From contig JAWAHN010000003.1 of the NCBI GenBank assembly GCA_038889235.1, positions 22,437-53,605 of the forward strand: a stretch of 31,169 bases of DNA. The letters are read 5' to 3'. Of this stretch, positions 25,335-31,169 are shown in pieces. The position numbers were made by a program, and so were the translations under genes. The notes below the pieces were generated by a model. That model worked only from the letters and a program-made list of their open reading frames with translations, did not search any database and was not told the DNA's origin. This DNA comes from Candidatus Jordarchaeales archaeon. Lineage in GTDB: Archaea > Asgardarchaeota > Jordiarchaeia > Jordiarchaeales > Freyrarchaeaceae. How positions within the stretch are numbered: position 1 is the first letter of the stretch; each line of letters starts with the position of its first letter.

Positions 25335-25753
25335 GTGCTGGATGAGGAGGAGTATTCGAGGTGGATTAGGTCTGCTTTGAGTTCTGCTAGGGGTGACTTA
25401 GAGAAGGGTGATTACAACTGGGCTTGTTTTAAGGCTCAGCAGGCGGCTGAGTTTGTTGTCAGGGGGCTATTTCACGGGCTCGGTTTTCCTGCCTATGGAC
25501 GTAGTGTGTCGAAGTTGTTTGAATGTCTCCCAGAGAGTTTAAGTGCTGAGTGCCCTATTTGGGAAGCTAGAGTTTTGGACAGGTATTATATTCCAATTAA
25601 GATATCCTAACGCTTGGGCGGAGGGGTTCCAGCCGACTACTATATGAGGGAAGACGCTGAAAAAATGCTATTAATTAATGCCGAAAAATCATTGAGTGGG
25701 TGGATGAAAAGTGGAGGTTGTTAAGGAGAGAAGGCGTGTTAGAGAAGAAGTGA
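25335..25753 (+). pseudogene. HEPN-domain toxin gene, disrupted (in-frame stop within a +1/-1 indel patch, plus a further -1 shift)
   Basis: Frame 0 gives MLDEEEYSRWI...DRYYIPIKIS*. The conserved continuation RYPNAWAEG is in frame +1 (25600-25626). VPADYYMREDAEKMLLINAEK is back in frame 0. IIEWVDEKWRLLRREGVLEKK* needs one more A in the A5 run at 25684-25688. Confidence 0.72.
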
Positions 25754-26101
25754 TCGGAAAGGTCTCGGAGTGGGCGCGCGGCTTGCCCTTCAAGTGTACC
25801 GTGGTGCTTATCGGGTCTTACGCGAGAGGTGACTTCAACCTTTGGAGTGACGTAGACCTCCTCCTTATTTCTGACGAGCTTAAGGGTAAACCCTTAGAGA
25901 GAATGAAAAAACATAGACGCGACCTCAGGGTTCCAAGTTATACCGTTAACTGTTGAGGAATACCGTTGGCAGGAAAGGAAAGGTAATCCTTTAGCCAGTG
26001 AGGCGAAAAGGAGTGGTGTCGTGGTAAGAGATGATGAAAAATATTCGAGTGACGGTGTTTCTCTCACTTTTCGTTTTAAAACCTGCCTGCACATTCTTTG
26101 A
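25711..26101 (+). pseudogene. Minimal nucleotidyltransferase (MNT) antitoxin gene, frameshifted at an A6 run
   Basis: The N-terminal part has the canonical GSYARGDFNLWSDVDLLLI motif. After ATGAAAAAAC (25903-25912) the frame yields junk and a stop at 25956. The +1 frame gives IDATSGFQVIPLTVEEYRWQERKGNPLASEAKRSGVVVRDD, which is typical of an MNT C-terminus. Confidence 0.72.
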
Positions 26102-26173
26102 ATGTTATAAATGTGAAGACAAGCGATAATGTTGCCGTGCTTTGTTCATGTGGCGAGTGGGAGTGAGGAGCAA

Positions 26174-28075
26174 ATGAAGTCCGATTTTTACGGCTATGCG
26201 GGAAAAGTGCTTTACGTTGACCTTTCGAGAGGGAAGGTTGTAGTTGAAGCGCTGGATTCAGGTTATGCTGAAGCGTTGATTGGGGGTTTCGGAGTTAACA
26301 ACATGATAGCCTATGAACATGCTCCCCCCATGGTTGACCCATTCGCGCCTGAAAGCGTAGTCGTCTTTGGGGCAGGCCCCCTCAATGGCACCATAGCGCC
26401 GGGTGCCGGGAAAGTTCACGTGACGGCGAAGATGCCGCTGACGGGCTTTTATGGGACGTCTGGTGGAGGCGGGGGCTTTGCCGCTCAACTTAAGTTTGCC
26501 GGCTACGACCACTTAGTGGTGGCTGGGAGGGCTAAGAGACCCGTAGTCCTCGTAGTGGAAGATGAAGAGGTAAGTTTTGAGGACGCTAAGGATCTTTGGG
26601 GTGGCTTGATTTATAATGTGACGGCGGAGCTCTGGGAGAGGTATTCTGGTTCAAGCGTCATCGCCATAGGTCCCGCGGGGGAAAACCTTGTGAAGTTTTC
26701 CATCGCGTTAGTGGACAACGTGGCTTCACTTGGCAGGGGAGGGCTGGGAGCTGTTCTTGGATCCAAGAACCTTAAAGCGATTGTCGTGAAAGGTAGCGGG
26801 GGAGTTAAGATCGCGGACGCTGAAAGGTTCTTCAACGCGGTTGAAGCGCTCCATAGGCGGATAAAGGAATACCCGTTTAGGTCTCTCGTGGCAGAGTACG
26901 GTATGATGGCGGGTTGGCTGGCTTGGGCCGAAATGTTCCAGGTTTCAAGGGAGGAAGCTGAAGCATACTTCAACCAGGAAGTGTTCTCCGGGAAAGTTAA
27001 GGTTGCGAGCATAGCGTGCCCCTCATGTCCTCTCTCCGACAAGTTCCTTTTCAGAATGCCGGAGGAAAATGTCTACGTTTGGGCTACAGACTACCTTACA
27101 CCCCTCATGGTTTTCGGCTACCTTTTTCAGATAAAAGACTACAGGAAAGTGCTCAAGTTGACGGCTGCAGTCAACCAGTACGGCATAGATATGCTTTCAC
27201 TTTCAAGCATAGTGAGGTTCTTACTGGCCGCGTACGGTGAGGGGTTAGTGACGCGGGAAGACCTTGGAGGGCTAGTTCCCAAGGCGGATGCCGAAACAGT
27301 CCTCGCGGTGGTAAACCTAATGGTTCAGAGGAAGGGCATAGGCAGCTTGCTCGCTGAAGGGTGGCGTGCAGTACTCAAAAAGTTTGGCGACTTCGCCGAG
27401 AGACACGTTGCACTAGTCAAGGGTTTAGATGTGCTTTACGACCCTCGTAGGACGTACTTTGGCTCACTGGAGTTCGAGCAGCTCGTCTGTCCGCGCGGGC
27501 CGACGTCTAACTCCGGTGGATCACCAACATATGTGCCCGGCAAAAGCATTGAAGACTTCAGGAAGCACTGTGATAGGATATGTGTTTCCAGTGAAGCCAT
27601 CGAAAGGATACTGGAAGGGGGAGAGTTGAACATCGGTAGGCTCGTGAGGCACTTTGAGGACTGGTATTCTGTCCTCAGCTCTCTCGGAATCTGTAATAGG
27701 GCTTACGTCAACAGGTTTTACAGCATGAAGATTTGCGCTGAGCTTTACTCTTCAGCCACCGGGATAGAAAAGACGCCTCAGGAGCTTAAGCTTGCGGGGG
27801 AGAGGGCGTGGAATGTTCAAAAGATGCTTAACGTAAGGGAAGGGCACACCAAGCATCACGACCTGCCTCCACGCCAATGGTTCCAGCCCCTTGTAGAAAG
27901 GGGGAGGAGGTATGTCGTGACAGACTACTTCAGGAGGCGTGAGCTAACCGAGAATGACTTAGAGAAGGCGCTGAGAGACTATTATGAGGAAAGAGGGTGG
28001 AATCCCGAAACAGGCACACCTACTGAAGAAAAACTTCGACAGCTTGGATTAATGGAGAACCGTCGGTCTAGATAA
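26174..28075 (+). CDS. Aldehyde:ferredoxin oxidoreductase (AOR) family tungstopterin enzyme, divergent paralogue
   Basis: The ORF is open from 26129. ATG 26174 follows GTGAGGAG and gives MKSDFYGYAGKVLYVDLS. Strong AOR N-domain blocks are present: GAGPLNGT, KMPLTGF, LKFAGYD, IGPAGENLVKF, GRGGLGAVLGSKNLKAIVV. The C-domain shows YDPR and LGIC. Confidence 0.9.
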   Translation: MKSDFYGYAGKVLYVDLSRGKVVVEALDSGYAEALIGGFGVNNMIAYEHAPPMVDPFAPESVVVFGAGPLNGTIAPGAGKVHVTAKMPLTGFYGTSGGGGGFAAQLKFAGYDHLVVAGRAKRPVVLVVEDEEVSFEDAKDLWGGLIYNVTAELWERYSGSSVIAIGPAGENLVKFSIALVDNVASLGRGGLGAVLGSKNLKAIVVKGSGGVKIADAERFFNAVEALHRRIKEYPFRSLVAEYGMMAGWLAWAEMFQVSREEAEAYFNQEVFSGKVKVASIACPSCPLSDKFLFRMPEENVYVWATDYLTPLMVFGYLFQIKDYRKVLKLTAAVNQYGIDMLSLSSIVRFLLAAYGEGLVTREDLGGLVPKADAETVLAVVNLMVQRKGIGSLLAEGWRAVLKKFGDFAERHVALVKGLDVLYDPRRTYFGSLEFEQLVCPRGPTSNSGGSPTYVPGKSIEDFRKHCDRICVSSEAIERILEGGELNIGRLVRHFEDWYSVLSSLGICNRAYVNRFYSMKICAELYSSATGIEKTPQELKLAGERAWNVQKMLNVREGHTKHHDLPPRQWFQPLVERGRRYVVTDYFRRRELTENDLEKALRDYYEERGWNPETGTPTEEKLRQLGLMENRRSR

Positions 28076-28310
28076 AAGGTACGCGTGCTTCAAGCTAGTA
28101 AACCAGGCTAGCCGGCTTCGACCCCCCTTTTAACCACACTTAGGTCTTTCCAGGTTTTTCGAAGCTCTCGGCCGCGAAAAAACCGCGTTTCACCTTCCAC
28201 TCAACACTTCTTCGCTCTAAGCCAACTTCCAGTGCTCTCTCGTTAAAGAAGCTAGAGGTTAAAAGGGTCCCACAAATACTTGAGGCTATTGGATGGCTGG
28301 GTGATGGCCC

Positions 28311-28739
28311 ATGATGGTTAAAGTCTTTGTGGATGGCGCTTCTAGGGGGAATCCGGGGCCAGCTGGGATAGGCTTCGTTATCATTGACTCTGGCGGGAGA
28401 ATCCTAGAGAGGAGGGGGCGCTACGTGGGGGTTGCCACGAACAACCAGGCGGAGTACCTTGCACTCATAGAGGCGTTGGAAGCCTGCATAAAAGCTGGTG
28501 CCAGCCGTGTTGAGGTTTTCTCCGACTCAGAGTTACTCGTGAAGCAAATGAAAGGTGAATATCGCGTCAGAAATCCACATCTCATAGCGCTTCATCGTAA
28601 GGCGAGGGAGCTCGAGAAGCTCTTCAACGACGTAACATACCATCACATTCCACGGGAAGCCAACCTTCAAGCGGACAAGCTGGCTAACGAAGCGATAGAC
28701 CGGGGGGCATTGGAATTCCGAAAAAGTAATATGGGATAA
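28311..28739 (+). CDS. rnhA: Ribonuclease HI (type 1 RNase H)
   Basis: 142-aa ORF with the DEDD pattern: VDGASRGNPGPAG (D), NNQAEYLALIEAL (E), VFSDSELLVKQ (D), ANLQADKLAN (D). Confidence 0.9.
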   Translation: MMVKVFVDGASRGNPGPAGIGFVIIDSGGRILERRGRYVGVATNNQAEYLALIEALEACIKAGASRVEVFSDSELLVKQMKGEYRVRNPHLIALHRKARELEKLFNDVTYHHIPREANLQADKLANEAIDRGALEFRKSNMG

Positions 28740-28779
28740 CGCGTCTTTACTTATTTTTCAGCATATGGGAGGGTGGTTT

Positions 28780-29067
28780 ATGGGGAGGTACGTCATCCTT
28801 TCGAGGCTAACGGACGAAGGGGCAAAAACTGTCAAGGACAATCCTGAAAGAATCAAGGAGGTTAACAAGGAGCTTGAAAAGATGGGCGTTAAGGTTCTAG
28901 AGCAGTACGTCGTCCTAGGACCATACGACTTCGTGAACATAGTTGAGGCACCCGACGCGCTCACGGTGGCTAAGGCTATGACGGAGCTGTCCTCGAGGGG
29001 AACTGTGAGAACGATGAGCATGCCCGCGATCCCCGTAGACGAGTACATTAAAAGTCTCAAGAAGTAG
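28780..29067 (+). CDS. GYD-domain protein
   Basis: YVILSRLTDEGAKTV...LGPYDFVNIVEAPD...GTVRTMSMPA is the GYD family pattern. ATG 28780 follows GGGAGGGTGG. The ORF is also open from ATG 28765. Confidence 0.87.
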   Translation: MGRYVILSRLTDEGAKTVKDNPERIKEVNKELEKMGVKVLEQYVVLGPYDFVNIVEAPDALTVAKAMTELSSRGTVRTMSMPAIPVDEYIKSLKK

Positions 29068-29185
29068 TTGTCAGCTGCCGTACACTTCTTTCAACAATCC
29101 TCCTTTTTCATTTCAGAGCATTAAAATATTTGCGATAGAATTTTAGCATGGCAGTCTCCTTGTTTTCAGCTGGGAGGATGGCGGC

Positions 29186-30709
29186 TTGCTGAACCTTGAG
29201 AAAATAATCAGTTTAATAGTGGAACAGAGGGGCATTCCAAGAGAGGAGGTTTTCAAGCTAATTGACAGGAAGAAAGAGGAGATGAAGGGGCTCGTCACGG
29301 ACGAAGGCGCGGCGTTGCTTGTAGCCATAGATTTAGGTGTCGACGTCCGGGAAGGGTTGTTTGAAGGAAGGACTTTCATAGGCGAGCTTAGCGACAGAAT
29401 GGAAGTGGTCCCAGTTGTGGAGGGCAGAGTTAAATCCATTCTAGGGGTTAAAAGGTTTGAAAGAACGGAGGGTAAAGAGGGGACTATGGCGAGCCTCGTC
29501 ATAGCTGACAGGACTGGCGAGGTTAGACTGGTGCTCTGGGGGGATAACAGCAGGCTTGTTGAGAAGGGGCTGTTGCACAAGGGAGACATAGTTAGGGTGG
29601 TCAAGGGGTATGTTCGGAGAGGAATTTTCGGCGACATAGAACTCCACGTGGGGAAGCTAGGCCGTATCGTAGTTAACCCGCCGGACGTCAACGTTGAAGA
29701 CTTTCCCGAAGTGGTCGAGGAAGCCATTCCATTAAGCCGGCTTGAGCCCGGAATGCCCGACGTGACTGTAGAGGGAGAGGTCATCGAAGTCGGACCCGCA
29801 ACGGTGTTTGAAAGGCCTGACGGATCGAAGGGGAAAATGATGGCTGCAATGATAGCTGACGAAGAGCGGTCTGTGAGGGTGGTTTTCTGGGACGAGCAAG
29901 CCATTAAAGCCGCGCAGCTTAGGGTCGGAGACAGGATACGCGTGGTCAGCGGTTATACTCGCGAAGGGATAAGAGGCGGAGTCGAGGTACACGTCAGCAG
30001 AGCTGGCAGAGTAGAGATAGTCTCGAAGGGCGATAAGTATACTGGAGAGTACACACCCCTCTCCCAGTTGCGCCCCGGAATGTCCTCCGTCAACGTTGTC
30101 GCCAGAGTTGTGGCTAAAACGCCAGTGAGGACTTTCACGCGTCCACAGGATGGGAAGGCGGGAGTCGTTGCAGATCTGTATCTCACTGATGGAACAGGAT
30201 GGGTGCGCATAAGCCTGTGGGATAACCACGTGAACCTTTTGCCAAAAATAAATGTCGGCGACCTGATAAAAGTGAAGAACGCCTACACGCGGGAGGACGT
30301 GTTCGGCCTTAACTTAAACGCCGGACGAAGGGCTGTAATCGAAGTTAATCCCGTCGACACTCCTAAAGACCTCCTCCCACCTTTGAAAGAGTACAGGGTC
30401 AAACTGGGAGAGCTTAAGCCCTACATGGCGAACATATCACTTGAAGCCACCGTGAAAAGCATAGGGGAAGTTAAATCTTTCCAGCGGCAGGATGGGACAT
30501 TCTCTAAGATGGTTACGCTGATCTTAGAAGACGAGACCGGTAGGGCTCCAGCAGTAGCATGGGGGGAAGCTGTAGCAAAACTAGAAAACATTCCCTTGAA
30601 CTCGAAAATCAAAATTAAGGGGTGCTACACAAAAATTAACGCTAAAGGAGAAACAGAAATACACATAGGGGAAGGAACGGCGATAGAAACAAAAACGGCA
30701 GACAGCTGA
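29186..30709 (+). CDS. Replication protein A-like ssDNA-binding protein with four tandem OB folds
   Basis: 507-aa ORF. It has an N-terminal helical module (IISLIVEQRGIPREEVFKLI...EGAALLVAIDLGVDV) like euryarchaeal RPA large subunits. Four repeats each carry a TG-x-[VI]R-x2-[LF]W-type strand: GEVRLVLWG, RSVRVVFWD, GWVRISLWD, GRAPAVAWG. There is no Cys-rich zinc finger. TTG start after GGGAGG. Confidence 0.87.
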   Translation: MLNLEKIISLIVEQRGIPREEVFKLIDRKKEEMKGLVTDEGAALLVAIDLGVDVREGLFEGRTFIGELSDRMEVVPVVEGRVKSILGVKRFERTEGKEGTMASLVIADRTGEVRLVLWGDNSRLVEKGLLHKGDIVRVVKGYVRRGIFGDIELHVGKLGRIVVNPPDVNVEDFPEVVEEAIPLSRLEPGMPDVTVEGEVIEVGPATVFERPDGSKGKMMAAMIADEERSVRVVFWDEQAIKAAQLRVGDRIRVVSGYTREGIRGGVEVHVSRAGRVEIVSKGDKYTGEYTPLSQLRPGMSSVNVVARVVAKTPVRTFTRPQDGKAGVVADLYLTDGTGWVRISLWDNHVNLLPKINVGDLIKVKNAYTREDVFGLNLNAGRRAVIEVNPVDTPKDLLPPLKEYRVKLGELKPYMANISLEATVKSIGEVKSFQRQDGTFSKMVTLILEDETGRAPAVAWGEAVAKLENIPLNSKIKIKGCYTKINAKGETEIHIGEGTAIETKTADS

Positions 30710-30766
30710 TACAGGAAAAACCAAGTAAGCCCCATTTGGAAGCAATGCTCCAACGATAGACAAGGG

Positions 30767-31169
30767 TCACGTTTTCAAGGCAAGCTCCCTAACACTGGTG
30801 TACACTTTCACGTTGTTCGCCTTAGCGTACTCCTCAGCCTTGGGATGCACGAAAGGAGAAACTATTACCAAGGAGGGCTTAACCTTCTCCACAGCCTCGT
30901 AAAGCTTCGCTTTGTCAAGGAACTTGTCTACGTCCTCCTTGCTCACGCTAGACTTAATCTCGACCAAAACATGCTCTCTGTCCCTAATTAACACATCAAC
31001 TTCTATCACGCTCGGCTTCTTGAATACCATGCACTCCGAGTCATAATACTCCCACTTGCTCACTTTAACACCATACCTTTCCAACAAACCACGGAGCCCT
31101 TCCCTAAAAGCCTCCTCACTAGCCAAACCCCACCTAGCACCCAAACCACCTAATATCTCCCCAACCTTC
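30767..31169 (-). CDS. PD-(D/E)xK-fold protein, DUF3782-like (5' end beyond the window)
   Basis: LGARWGLASEEAFREGLRGLLE, then IEVDVLIRD...LVEIKSS (D...ExK nuclease-fold motif). The reading frame stays open upstream of the listed TTG to the window edge, so the gene is probably 5'-partial. Confidence 0.75.
   Translation of the reverse strand, partial: KVGEILGGLGARWGLASEEAFREGLRGLLERYGVKVSKWEYYDSECMVFKKPSVIEVDVLIRDREHVLVEIKSSVSKEDVDKFLDKAKLYEAVEKVKPSLVIVSPFVHPKAEEYAKANNVKVYTSVRELALKT

Noticed and set aside
29143-29904. 253-aa minus-strand ORF antisense to the RPA gene
   Set aside because: It has a Ser/Thr/Pro-rich low-complexity translation and lies fully inside a well-supported plus-strand gene with four OB repeats. 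This is a typical antisense shadow ORF. The same reasoning applies to 13617-14183(-), 26611-27042(-), 6447-6821(-), 978-1325(-), 21139-21540(+), 8953-9318(+), 15568-16162(+) and the other short overlapping ORFs in the track.
1-31169. tRNA, rRNA, CRISPR arrays, IS elements or integrases
   Set aside because: I scanned the ORF-free tracts by eye (3804-4326, 10567-10786, 11183-11777, 14992-15315, 16141-16680, 17386-17658, 24091-24837, 28076-28310). I saw no T-loop/acceptor pattern, no regularly spaced direct repeats, and no transposase or integrase-like translation. A covariance-model scan would be needed for certainty.

Overview
This 31.2-kb segment reads as a compact chromosome region of a thermophile-style archaeon. 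It carries about 32 protein genes on both strands. GTG and TTG starts are frequent and are preceded by GGAGG/GGTGAT-type Shine-Dalgarno motifs. Promoters show A/T-rich TATA-like boxes, and many gene junctions are overlapping or very short. I found no rRNA, tRNA, CRISPR array, transposase or integrase. All functional calls rest on motif recognition in the supplied translations; no database search was possible.

Gene content, left to right:
- DUF72 protein
- small unknown protein
- MFS transporter
- Bem46-like alpha/beta hydrolase
- HNH-like zinc-finger protein
- NDP-forming acyl-CoA synthetase alpha-like protein, divergent from a small ORF plus a Sir2/CobB sirtuin
- second alpha/beta hydrolase
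- membrane protein
- orphan protein with 8 DnaJ-type CxxCxGxG units
- YkoCDE-like ECF transporter module (large membrane protein, T component, fused double ATPase)
- class II glutamine amidotransferase
- HhH-motif protein
- CbiM/NikM, PDGLE protein, CbiQ and CbiO
- PfkB kinase
- tandem MgtE-like permease
- two membrane or secreted unknowns
- decayed HEPN/MNT toxin-antitoxin pair
- divergent tungsten-type aldehyde:ferredoxin oxidoreductase paralogue
- RNase HI
- GYD protein
- four-OB-fold RPA
- partial DUF3782-like PD-(D/E)xK protein

Most notable result: a 34-bp inverted repeat, TTGGTAwTAC-N14-GTAATAyCAA, has NikR-operator-like geometry. It sits between the TATA box and the start codon of both the cbiM/nikM operon and the uncharacterised ECF module. 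A degenerate third copy lies in front of cbiQO. This links three transporter units into one putative metal regulon and nominates the atypical ECF membrane protein as a new metal-capture component.

Other leads:
- the orphan 8x CxxCxGxG protein
- a G/C-run hairpin plus T7 that splits cbiMN from cbiQO
- the AOR paralogue with substituted cluster and pterin motifs
- homopolymer-indel decay of the HEPN/MNT pair
- several long ORF-free tracts
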